Assembly (NCBI GenBank): GCA_038245295.1
Contig: JBBRSP010000007.1
Location: 32,001 to 96,000 of the forward strand
DNA from: Candidatus Binatia bacterium
GTDB taxonomy: Bacteria; Desulfobacterota; Binatia; HRBIN30
Length of the DNA: 64,000 nt
Reading direction: 5' to 3'
The position numbers and the translations under genes are program-made. Positions within the stretch are counted from its first letter, which is position 1, and each line of letters starts with the position of its first letter. The notes beneath the pieces are model-generated. The model had not been told where the DNA came from, made no database searches, and saw only the letters and a program-made list of their open reading frames with translations. Shown piece by piece: positions 47,401 to 55,899 of the stretch.

Positions 47401-48560
47401 ACCCTTTCGACCTCAACGCGATTGCGTCCTACCTATACGATGGCTTTGGTCTGGGATACGGTCCGCCGGCGCTCGCCTTGGACCCGAGCGGTCAGCTCAT
47501 GTTCGCCGGCTCGGTCGACAGGTTCTATATCCTCGCCCCGTGCACACAAGCGTTTTCGGGCGACGCGTTTGGTCTGGACGAGTTGACGGATCTAGCGCTT
47601 TTCGAAGATGGTGGTTTGGTTTGGGTGGCGGCAAAGGATCGTGTCACCGCCCTGGATTTGGCGTCGCTGCAACCACAGGTGACGATTCGCGCCGCCGGCC
47701 ACTCGCGTCTTACTGCCGGCCTAGCGTCGCGTCGGCTCTACGTCTCACCCTATGCCGACAGGTTCAACGACTTCGCCATCAACGGAATTCTACGCGCCTA
47801 CGACCTGACAAATGGAGAGCTGCAAGCCGAGGCACCGGCCCTAGCCGAATTCGATCGAGGTCTCGGCAACGCGATTGAGTTGTCGCGAGACCAACGACAG
47901 CTCTATGTGACCAGCGCTCCATGCCGCGACCCTTTCTGCGGTGCCGACGATCGCGGCAGCGGCCGGATTGTTGTCCTCGACGCGATGAGCCTCGAGGTGC
48001 GTGATGTGTTCACGCTTCCGCCGCCCTATTTCCCGACAGCCGTTGGTGTTCATCCTGACGGCCGCACGCTGTGGGTTGGCGCTACCAGCGACGAACAATC
48101 CAGGGTGTTCAGCATCCAAGTGGACACCCACGAAATTCGGGAAATCCTCGCGCCACCTTCGGCCTTGGCCGACATCAAGTTCAGCGCGAGCGGTCAATGG
48201 GCCTATCTGTTGACGAGAAGCCCTGGCGCGATTTCGCGAGTCGACGTGCTGACGCATCGGATCGTTGCGCACCATGTGTATGGCGACATCAACAATTTCC
48301 CAACGGAAGGGGGACGCCTGGTCATTGCGCCGAGACCGCCGGAGTGTGCAACGATCCCGGCGCGGTGCCCCTGTGATTGCAATCGTGACGGAGCCACATC
48401 GATCGACGAGATCCTCGTCAACGTCGGCGCAACCGTGAACGGCGCGGCTGATTTATCATGTTCGCACCCGGCGTCGGACGTCGCGGGTCTCGTGGCGTGC
48501 GTCCAGTCGGCGCTGGGATCTTGTTCGGCGCCACGCTCGATCGTTTCGTCCGCTCCGTAG
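44433..48560 (+). CDS. Large secreted YVTN/YncE-like beta-propeller protein with two cohesin-like beta domains and a C-terminal dockerin-like module
   Basis: Signal peptide; repeated xSxDGxxL(Y/F)V blades; PT linkers; terminal CPCDCNRDGATSIDEILVNV...LVACVQSALGSC. Confidence 0.75.
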   Translation: MRLTPTIGLFVGLLLTQPRPSIAAEALYVADTARDRIVIADPETLKVVDSIPLGSGIRPFGLALSADELHLFVTAELGTVATVDLARRSITRKATGGYGYERPILTGAAAAQFLVLGSTIFDTISLGVVGGFNSAYTPTAGLSVLPASVIANNEHTINRLDVQTRRVAATYFSQSKIVALVATRDGKEVWYGDRTHLVQLDSTTLAPLAEVPLVGVNLLIADPERGIWAQSGGRFIPIVGGEFNPSRSLPAPQVTSATRAHILADGRLILVDLTMRAYVIVDPTLPVQTQQYRLERPEEPIEDIVFSSRSARAWLARRSGIYELDLDHQTETPVLAAAAPVELASDPTGTRLAVADQAARAVLLINVEDGAQTTIATGGEPSSITFHPSGNAVFVAGHEFIRAYDLSGRLLHSYDAGWFEHPAVSPDGKLLFVTDHQETVAVFDVESAALLRQVDLGGPGDTVFGNIAFDHSGNAFLAQPDGYTVWRFDLATLEPYPTALQGQARSVVFDSTRNTLLASLDPPYPHDRDEAHNSIVATLALATMSSGRPMGLDGSAGSLAISADHKWLAAAASLQGGVQLISLERGATQGFIGMPAGSLVFARKPAVRFGLTELGLNTAIASPVVPDLEKASANSSVGLDMIWAGTPSTHAGLGEISFFFDRATAVRPVSSDTPDCKLVGPFEGCTLAAAFRPRGCEPGISCDHVAWRPACPSKRLLQPGQSLLRCTVDVSPDAAPGLHPVAGNTWSNVDGVGFTGGVVVTSGEARAGTPSRTPYPTRTPTVTSTPTATPHHPQILIDARPSTLAPGEDLLVATVLLGDSSNIVSLEYDVDLPPDITIDSDAYGSPICVRSNADRFSAVSVSPSGACDTGAATCGSRLHGFVPATASGVRQIGDGPIVQCHAHVRSDADAGEILLTAAFFSSTSDPYVVNEPLVATSRLTIRGSGTPQSSPTPTVTPTPSATAPDLADDAELNGVIVYAGLGGVGIAAVDPFDLNAIASYLYDGFGLGYGPPALALDPSGQLMFAGSVDRFYILAPCTQAFSGDAFGLDELTDLALFEDGGLVWVAAKDRVTALDLASLQPQVTIRAAGHSRLTAGLASRRLYVSPYADRFNDFAINGILRAYDLTNGELQAEAPALAEFDRGLGNAIELSRDQRQLYVTSAPCRDPFCGADDRGSGRIVVLDAMSLEVRDVFTLPPPYFPTAVGVHPDGRTLWVGATSDEQSRVFSIQVDTHEIREILAPPSALADIKFSASGQWAYLLTRSPGAISRVDVLTHRIVAHHVYGDINNFPTEGGRLVIAPRPPECATIPARCPCDCNRDGATSIDEILVNVGATVNGAADLSCSHPASDVAGLVACVQSALGSCSAPRSIVSSAP

Positions 48561-48619
48561 AGGAGGTTGAGAGCCCTCCGGTTCCCAGGCTGCTCGACGT
48601 CAATTTCCATCTCGGTGGA

Positions 48620-49255
48620 CTACAGCGGCCGGCCAAGGGCATCGAATGCGTCGATCGGTGTCGCCGCGGCTTGGCTGCCGGCGAATTCTTCGGCGAGCAT
48701 GCTCCAAATCATCGTGTCGCGTGGCTGACCGTCGGCACCGTTGACATCTTGCCGCCGCGTGCCGTCGTGGTGAAAGCCGAGACGCCGCGGCACGGCGAGG
48801 CTGCGTAGATTCAACGGATCGCAATGGATCTCGACGCGTTTCATCTGTGCGATGGCAAACGCCACATGCGTTAGAGCTGAGGCGGTTTCGCCCGCCAGTC
48901 CCCGGTTGAGATGATCCTTGTGGATCCAGTACCCGATCTCGCGCCCGTGTGGCCCGACGCGTGTGTGCAAGCCGGTGCCACCAAGAGCGGCCGTCTCGTC
49001 ACGATTGAAGATGCCGTATGTGAAGTCCTGGCCGAGATCGAACTCGCCACGGAAACGTCGCAGTTGCTCGACTCTTTGCTCGAAGGATTGTGGCTCGTGT
49101 TTGATCCACGGCATCCAGGGCCCTAGATGCTCGAGGTTGGCTTCGATCGCCGCACTGAGAAGCGCCGCGTCGGCTGGTTGCCAACAGCGCAGGACCAGGC
49201 GCGGGGTGACGACGCGATAGGCTGGGCCACGTGGAGCCGATTGTTTGTCATCCAT
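48620..49255 (-). CDS. GNAT acetyltransferase (RimJ/RimL-like)
   Basis: TPRLVLR, HLGPWMPW, EIGYWI, N.RS.AVPRRLGF; GGAGG RBS. Confidence 0.9.
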   Translation of the reverse strand: MDDKQSAPRGPAYRVVTPRLVLRCWQPADAALLSAAIEANLEHLGPWMPWIKHEPQSFEQRVEQLRRFRGEFDLGQDFTYGIFNRDETAALGGTGLHTRVGPHGREIGYWIHKDHLNRGLAGETASALTHVAFAIAQMKRVEIHCDPLNLRSLAVPRRLGFHHDGTRRQDVNGADGQPRDTMIWSMLAEEFAGSQAAATPIDAFDALGRPL

Positions 49256-49365
49256 CCGCTCGAACCTCCTCGGCGTGATACATGTTCGGTCCTTCAGATC
49301 ATGCAGTGATCGATCCGGGAACGATTTACTTTCCACGTTGTTTGGTTCCACGTACGGACCCGCCA

Positions 49366-49416
49366 TCGCTCGACCGGCCGTTGCAAATGCGGTACGTCCG
49401 ACGGTCCGTGCCCTTC
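49366..49416 (+). repeat. 51-bp repeat, copy B
   Basis: Direct repeat of 44224-44274. Confidence 0.75.
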
Positions 49417-49460
49417 GACACTGAAATCACGACTAGCGGCGTGCCCTGCGAGGTGCGCCT

Positions 49461-51266
49461 TTGAGCGCGCCGGTCGCGCAGCCCGCACCGACGGGGTGGC
49501 TGTACCGCCTCGTCCCGGCTCTCGACTCGCTGCGCAACTACGGCGTCGTCGAGGCGCGTGCCGATCTGATTGCCGGCCTGACCGTCGCCGCGGTCGCCGT
49601 ACCGCAGGCCATGGCCTACGCCATCGTCGCCGGCTTGCCGGCGCAGTACGGGCTCTATACGGCGATTGTCATGACGGCAGTCGGCGCCGTGTTCGACTCG
49701 TCGCGCCAACTGATCAACGGCCCGACCAACGCCATCTCGATCGCCGTGCTCAGTGCCATCGCCGTCGTCGACCCGGAGCAGCGCGTTCAGGCGGCCGTGC
49801 TTCTCGCCTTCATGGTCGGCTGCATCCAACTCGGCATCACATTGTTCCGCCTCGGCGATCTGACACGCTACATCTCCCATTCGGTCATCGTCGGCTTCAC
49901 CCTCGGGGCCAGCGCTCTGCTGGTGCTCGATCAGATCAAGAACCTCCTCGGCATGGCTGCCGGCGGCGGGGCCCACGACCACTTCCTTTATCGCTTCTGG
50001 CTGACCATGAGCTCAGGCGGCGGTATCGAGCCGTATACGACCGTCATCGGACTCGGATCGATCGCGCTCGTTCTCGCCCTGCGTTGGCTCAAGGAAAAAC
50101 TCGACTGGCAGCTCCTGCCCGAGCTTCTGCTCGTGGTCGTCTTCATGGCCGTCGTCGTGGCTCAATTGGGGCTCGATCAGCGCGGCGTGAAAGTGGTCGG
50201 GGACATTCCCGCATCGCTACCGCCTTTCCAACTTCCCGGTTTCGACATCGAATTGATGCGGCGGCTGTCGACGGCAGCGCTGGCTCTCGCGGTGCTTGGT
50301 CTTCTCGAAGCAATCTCCATGGCAAAGGCGATCGCTGCACAGACACGGCAAACACTCGACATGAATCAGCAGTGCATGAGTGAAGGCCTGGCCAATTTCG
50401 CCGGCAGCTTCTTTCAGTGCATGCCGGGTTCGGGCTCGCTGACACGCTCAGCGATCAACCAGCAAGCCGGCGCCAAGACCCAATGGTCGGGCGTGGTGTC
50501 CGCCCTCGCCGTGGCACTCATCATGATGGTGTTTGCCCCCTACGCGAAGTTCATCCCGCGTTCGGCGCTCGCCGGCATCCTGATCCTGACGGCGTGGAAG
50601 ATGGTGGATCGCAAAACCCTCGCGTACCACTTGCGCACGACCCAGTTCGACGCCGCCATCGTCGCCGTCACCGCATTTTCCGCCGTCGCGATCTCGGTTG
50701 AGTTTTGCGTGCTCATCGGCGTCTTCATGTCGTTCATGCTGACGGTACCGCGCGCCGGCCGCATGTCGAGCACCGAGTTCGTCGTAACCGCCGGCGGTGG
50801 CATCCACGAACGGTTGCCGGAAGACGAAGTGTGCGGCCGCATCCTAATCTTCGGCCTGGAGGGCGAGCTGTTTTTCGGCGCCTCGTCGGCGCTCGAACGT
50901 CACTTCCGCCATTTCGAAGAACGCATCGACCCGAAGACGCGTGTTCTGGTGCTACGCATGAAGCGACTGCGCAACCCCGACGCCGTCGGCCTGACGCTGC
51001 TGGCAGGCTTCGTCGAGCGTATGAAGGCGCGCGGTGTCCACCTGGTCATCTGCGGTGTACGTCAAGGGTTCTACGAGACCATGAAGAAGGCAGGCTTCGT
51101 CGAATTGCTGGGCAACACCGAGGTCTTCCTCGAGCAACCGGTGCGCGAGACGAGCACGATGTTGGCCATCCGCCATGCCTACCAGCTCGTCGACGATCCC
51201 TGCGACACCTGCCCACGGCGTCATCGCCCCAGCGGCGAGGAGCAGACGCTGTACTACGCGATCTAG
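49461..51266 (+). CDS. SulP/SLC26 anion transporter with STAS domain
   Basis: ADLIAGLTVAAVAVPQAMAYA, GSGSLTRS, C-terminal EGELFFG STAS. Confidence 0.92.
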   Translation: MSAPVAQPAPTGWLYRLVPALDSLRNYGVVEARADLIAGLTVAAVAVPQAMAYAIVAGLPAQYGLYTAIVMTAVGAVFDSSRQLINGPTNAISIAVLSAIAVVDPEQRVQAAVLLAFMVGCIQLGITLFRLGDLTRYISHSVIVGFTLGASALLVLDQIKNLLGMAAGGGAHDHFLYRFWLTMSSGGGIEPYTTVIGLGSIALVLALRWLKEKLDWQLLPELLLVVVFMAVVVAQLGLDQRGVKVVGDIPASLPPFQLPGFDIELMRRLSTAALALAVLGLLEAISMAKAIAAQTRQTLDMNQQCMSEGLANFAGSFFQCMPGSGSLTRSAINQQAGAKTQWSGVVSALAVALIMMVFAPYAKFIPRSALAGILILTAWKMVDRKTLAYHLRTTQFDAAIVAVTAFSAVAISVEFCVLIGVFMSFMLTVPRAGRMSSTEFVVTAGGGIHERLPEDEVCGRILIFGLEGELFFGASSALERHFRHFEERIDPKTRVLVLRMKRLRNPDAVGLTLLAGFVERMKARGVHLVICGVRQGFYETMKKAGFVELLGNTEVFLEQPVRETSTMLAIRHAYQLVDDPCDTCPRRHRPSGEEQTLYYAI

Positions 51267-51409
51267 GCTTCCGCGGGCACGGGCACGGGTTCTTCGACTC
51301 CGGTTCGAGGTGCGGCCATCGCTCCAGCCTTGCCGTTGCCTGTGCCCTCGCCGGTTGGAATTGAGGTTGTTGCGATTCCCCGATGGAACCCATAGGTCAA
51401 TGCAAGGTC

Positions 51410-51967
51410 ATGTCGATCACGCAGGCATCTACGACGCGCGCTAGTGACGGAAGGCGCGAGAGTGTCGCTGCCATCCGAGCCAGCCTGTTGCCGCTGTTGC
51501 TGTGTCTCGCGCTTGGGTCGACGGTGGCCATGGCGGCGGATCTCCGCCGCATTACCCTGTCCGACGGCAGCGTCATCAACGGCGAGGTCTTGGAGATGAA
51601 AGACGACGTCTACATCATCCGCTCGGCGACCCTCGGCACGGTACGGTTGAGCAGCGCCCAGGTGCGTGGCATCGACACGATGGAAGCGATCCCCGCACCA
51701 GCCGCAATCACCGGCACCAGCGGCGTGCGCAAGGCGCGCGGCGAAGCGGTCGAGGGCATCGCCGAGCGTCTCGGCAACGATCCCAGCACGATGGAGCTGA
51801 TCACCAAGCTGCAAGAGGATCCGAAGATTCAGGACATCCTCAACGATCCGGAGATCATGAACGCCGTGCAGTCCGGCGATCCCGCCGCACTCGAAGACAA
51901 CCCGAAGATCCGCGATCTGATGAATCATCCGGCCGTCGAGGAGATCAACAAGAAGATGGTGCAGTAG
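51410..51967 (+). CDS. Exported protein with STI1-like (DP-repeat) C-terminus
   Basis: Hydrophobic leader; ITLSDGSVINGEV domain; LQEDPKIQDILNDPEIM...NPKIRDLMNHP. Start uncertain. Confidence 0.65.
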   Translation: MSITQASTTRASDGRRESVAAIRASLLPLLLCLALGSTVAMAADLRRITLSDGSVINGEVLEMKDDVYIIRSATLGTVRLSSAQVRGIDTMEAIPAPAAITGTSGVRKARGEAVEGIAERLGNDPSTMELITKLQEDPKIQDILNDPEIMNAVQSGDPAALEDNPKIRDLMNHPAVEEINKKMVQ

Positions 51968-52032
51968 CACTGGCTCGCGCGACGGCGCTCGGGGGGCGCG
52001 TTGCGCTCAAGTCCATCGTCGCATCAAGCGCA

Positions 52033-55000
52033 TCAATCGGGAGCAGCATGGAAAACCTCATGCCGCGTCGCGCCGGCCAACACCGCATCGGCAGCAAAGC
52101 GCAGCGGGTACGCCTCATTCGCCAGCCACAACGCCGCCTGGTCGTCAAAGTTCGGCGAATCGGTGAGGCCGGACTGGCCACCGGGGATGATATTGAGGCC
52201 GCTGACCTCGCCGTGGCGTAGGCCAAACACCATACGCATCACCGGGCCGCTACCGTGGGTGAAGTCGGTGCCCGAGAACCCCGGGTTGGCGGCGTCGACA
52301 TTCCACTGATCTCCCGGACGCGGAAACCAGCGGAGGCCAATGCGCGGATCGCCCGGCGGCAGGCTGGGCGCCAACGGTAGTTTTGACGTATCGATATTGA
52401 ACGGCTGCGTGAAGATCGCAAAGTTGGGATCGTTGCCGAGGAACGGTGCCAGCAACGACTCGAACTTGGCCTGATGTCGCAACCCCCAGAGCCAGGTGTT
52501 CATGTCGGTCGTCCCGAAGCCGCCACGATCCGCGGCCAACGGCGCCGAGCGCAAGAAGTGCAGCGCGTCGACGAGCGCTTGCATCATGAGCTCGCGACTC
52601 GTTTCAACCTCCGGCGTTCCGAGGCGATCGAAGAACACCGACTCACCGGTCTCGGGATTGTGCGAAGCGAACTTCGCGTCGGGCCGTCCGCGCGCCAGCA
52701 GGAAGCGGGCGATCAAGCTCACTCGCTGCTGATCGCCGTTTCCGAACAGACCGCCGTCAATTCCTTCGTCGTCCCAGACGCTGTGCAGGAAGCGACTCAT
52801 CCAGGCGTGGAAGATCATCGTAACTACGGCGTCGTCGAGCTCGTGCGGCACCACGGTGTGGTAGAAGGTCTGCACACCGGAGGCGGAATCGTAGCCGCGA
52901 TCGAACCATCCGAGGAAGCGCTGCTCGACCTCGTCAATCGCCGGCGCCTCGCTGCGATAGAGCGCCTCCAGTCGCTGCTCCCACGGCTGCAAAATACGAT
53001 CGACGACCGACAGCGAGCGCGCGTAGCCGATGGCTTCAACCAGGTAGGGAGCAAACGTCTCACCGAGGCGCGAGCGATGGCTCGCCTGCAACGCCGCCAT
53101 GCTGGCAACATCGCCGTTGCCATCGTGGACGGTACGACTCAACGCCTCGTCGATCGTCGAGGCCCGGAATCCGGTATCCCACGGCCCGCCGATATGCCAC
53201 GGATCGTTATTGAGATTGCCATCGAAGGCAATGCGCGCCGGGTCGTTGTTGGAGCTCAGCAAGTAGCCACGGCTCGGCGTGATCGACTGCGGCGTCGAAT
53301 CGAATGGCACGAGGCAGCGCTGCGGATCACCGCCGGAGGCTGCTTCGTCGACCAGACCATTCGTCATCGGCACTTCGAACCCACCGTACAGCGTGCCATC
53401 AAGCAGCAGCGTTGGATCGGCTCCAACGACGTAGTCGCCGTTGGCCTGGCGCGGCAGGTACCCGCGGCACGGCACGGCATGATAGCTCGTATACAGGATC
53501 CCACCCTGATCATCGCCGGCAATGATGTTCTGCGAATAACCGACAAGCTTGCGGGCATGTTGCCGGAACTCCTCGATGTTGGCCGAGTGGCCAAAACCTT
53601 CGGCGCCCGCCAGCAGCTGACCGATGTCGAACGCCGTATAGTCGAAACTGATGCCGCTGATCGCACCGTCGCCATTGGTATCGCTCGGCACAACCAGACC
53701 GCTCATCGTGTAGACCGCGCTCTCGCCCGGACCGAGAGCACCATCCGGCGTCGTCGGACGGCCTTCGATCGCCGCGAGGAAACGGCCGTCAAACAGCTGA
53801 AAACGCGGATGCGACTCGGTGCGACCGTGACTATCGAGGGCCGGGACATCGCGGATGACGAACGTCTCGTCGATGCGCGTCACCGGCCGCATCTCGCCTT
53901 TGAACAACGACGCCGCCGGCAGGCCGTTGGCGTCAAGTTGCAACTGTTCCTGGTACCAATCGGTGATGTCGGCGTTCAACTGCGTCTGACTCCACGCGAC
54001 GTTGCCATTGGTGCCGACCGGCATGATGAAGAAACCCGGAATGACCAGTCCGAGCTGATGCGTCGTGCCGCCGCCGAGCAGCGTATCGTCAAGACCGATC
54101 TGGAAGAAGATCGAAGGAATGTCGAGGCCGAGATGTCCATCGCCGGCAACCAGCGTCGTGCCATCGGCGGTATGGGCGCCGGCAACAGCCCACACGTTGG
54201 AGCCGAAGCCTTCGACCCGTCCAAGGCGCTCTTCGATGGCATCGAGACGCGGGCTAAGTCGATCGAGGAGCGGGGCACCCGCCGCAGCGCCTCGACGGTC
54301 GTGTTCGGACGCAACGCTGCGCAGCGGAGATGCCGCGGCGGGGAGCTGGGCACCCGGGACCTGATCAGGGGTCGGACCTGCCGTGAATGTGTCGCCGCGT
54401 TCGACGCCGAATCCAGGAGCCGACGCCACTTCTTCGAAAGGGGCGATGCCGCCGGGGACGTCGGTGCGCAGGCCTGCGTCTCGCAGCTGCTCAAACGCGG
54501 CGCCAGCGAAGTGGCGGTCGATGGTGGCTTGGGCTCGAGCGTTGCCGACGTCGCCGGTCTCGTAGCTGCTCTGGTAGACGATCACCGCGAGGATGCCGGC
54601 GACATCGCGGCGCGTGAACGGCTCCATGAGATCACGCGGGTTGGAGACGCCGAGCAGCGGGCCCGCCAGACGCAACTCGCTCGGCACCGGCAACTTCCGC
54701 GCTTTCACCTGCGTGATGTAGGCGTTGACACCGGCAACAAAGGCGTCGGCTAACTCAGCCTGCTCGCTGCTCATACCGTTGGCGATGCGATCGGCGACAT
54801 AGGTCATGCCGGTGAGGCGCGAGTCGATATCGTTGTCGAGAGCCTGGGCGCCGATCAGTTCAGTGACACGACCGAGCCCGAGACGACGCGTCAGGTCCAT
54901 CATGAAGTAACGATCACGCGCCACAACAAAGCCGTGAGCGAAGGACAGGTCGCGGCGAGTGCTCGCATAGATGTGGGGCACGTTGCCCTCGGTGCGCAAG

Positions 55001-55293
55001 ACGTGGACGTCGCCGTTGATTCCGGGGATGGTCCAGGTTTCGTCGACAGGCCGCTGGACAAGGCGCTGTGCCGCCGAAAGTGTTGCGGTCGGCGTCGGCG
55101 GGCTGGTGTTGGTTGGCAGCAGCGAAGCTGTGGACGTCGGGGACGGGGTGGATGAGGCTGTGGACGTTGGCGCTGGCGGGGGCAGCGTGGCGCTTGGGGT
55201 CGCCGCCGCCGTCGAGCCTCCAGAGTCCCCGTCACCACAGCCAACGGCAAGGCTCAGTGCCGGCAACAACAGCAGGCGAATTACCAAGCGCAT
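52033..55293 (-). CDS. Penicillin acylase family (Ntn hydrolase) lipoprotein
   Basis: Lipobox LAVGC; VPHIYA...HGFVVARDRYFMMD; GSNVWAV nucleophile; PGGQSG. Confidence 0.88.
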   Translation of the reverse strand: MRLVIRLLLLPALSLAVGCGDGDSGGSTAAATPSATLPPPAPTSTASSTPSPTSTASLLPTNTSPPTPTATLSAAQRLVQRPVDETWTIPGINGDVHVLRTEGNVPHIYASTRRDLSFAHGFVVARDRYFMMDLTRRLGLGRVTELIGAQALDNDIDSRLTGMTYVADRIANGMSSEQAELADAFVAGVNAYITQVKARKLPVPSELRLAGPLLGVSNPRDLMEPFTRRDVAGILAVIVYQSSYETGDVGNARAQATIDRHFAGAAFEQLRDAGLRTDVPGGIAPFEEVASAPGFGVERGDTFTAGPTPDQVPGAQLPAAASPLRSVASEHDRRGAAAGAPLLDRLSPRLDAIEERLGRVEGFGSNVWAVAGAHTADGTTLVAGDGHLGLDIPSIFFQIGLDDTLLGGGTTHQLGLVIPGFFIMPVGTNGNVAWSQTQLNADITDWYQEQLQLDANGLPAASLFKGEMRPVTRIDETFVIRDVPALDSHGRTESHPRFQLFDGRFLAAIEGRPTTPDGALGPGESAVYTMSGLVVPSDTNGDGAISGISFDYTAFDIGQLLAGAEGFGHSANIEEFRQHARKLVGYSQNIIAGDDQGGILYTSYHAVPCRGYLPRQANGDYVVGADPTLLLDGTLYGGFEVPMTNGLVDEAASGGDPQRCLVPFDSTPQSITPSRGYLLSSNNDPARIAFDGNLNNDPWHIGGPWDTGFRASTIDEALSRTVHDGNGDVASMAALQASHRSRLGETFAPYLVEAIGYARSLSVVDRILQPWEQRLEALYRSEAPAIDEVEQRFLGWFDRGYDSASGVQTFYHTVVPHELDDAVVTMIFHAWMSRFLHSVWDDEGIDGGLFGNGDQQRVSLIARFLLARGRPDAKFASHNPETGESVFFDRLGTPEVETSRELMMQALVDALHFLRSAPLAADRGGFGTTDMNTWLWGLRHQAKFESLLAPFLGNDPNFAIFTQPFNIDTSKLPLAPSLPPGDPRIGLRWFPRPGDQWNVDAANPGFSGTDFTHGSGPVMRMVFGLRHGEVSGLNIIPGGQSGLTDSPNFDDQAALWLANEAYPLRFAADAVLAGATRHEVFHAAPD

Positions 55294-55899
55294 CGTATTC
55301 CTCCCCAGTACGCCATGCTGCGGCATCTTCCCATGGCATCTTCTCCCAGCCCCCCACGCGTATCCGGTCGGTCAAAACTTCGCCAGCGGATTGTACAAAG
55401 GGTTCACGTACGGATCACAGAACGCAACGAAGGTCAGTGATCGCACTTCATCGGCGCCCGCCCCCCCCCCGACGCCATACGACCAAGACACCCTCCATGC
55501 GCTACCGCAAGCAGAACCGGGTCGTACGACGCACCAGGAAGCCCCAGGACGCGCTCCCAGGGCACGGGATGACCTTACCTACGCACACAAACTCAACGTT
55601 TTTAGGAAATCAGACGATCGAGAGCTTGAAATGATTGAGAATTTTCGACATTCGCTCCGGCGCGCGGCCGGCATTCGGGAGCCGGCTTACCGAAGAGAGG
55701 ATTATCGGCCTCGGCGACACCATCCCAACACCGGGGGCGCGCTGGCGTAGTCGAGGAGCGCATCCACAGCGCCACGGCTGATCACATCGGCGGTCCATGC
55801 CTCAAAATCGGCGGCCCACGGCCGGATGGGCCTTCTCTATCTGGTGCATCCTCTGCATGCCACCTTGCGGATCCGCCGAACCCGCCGTAGGAAGCCACG

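Noticed and set aside
52474..54753. Long antisense ORFs (this 759-aa ORF; also 4461-6293, 13606-14826, 36057-37298, 59138-60343)
   Set aside because: Shadow frames of well-supported genes in high-GC DNA, with no family motifs.
55330..55890. Short ORFs (MRYRKQNRVV..., MIENFRHSLRRAAGIRE...) and a poly-C run as an integrase remnant or leader peptide
   Set aside because: No convincing catalytic motif or RBS; a call cannot be supported.
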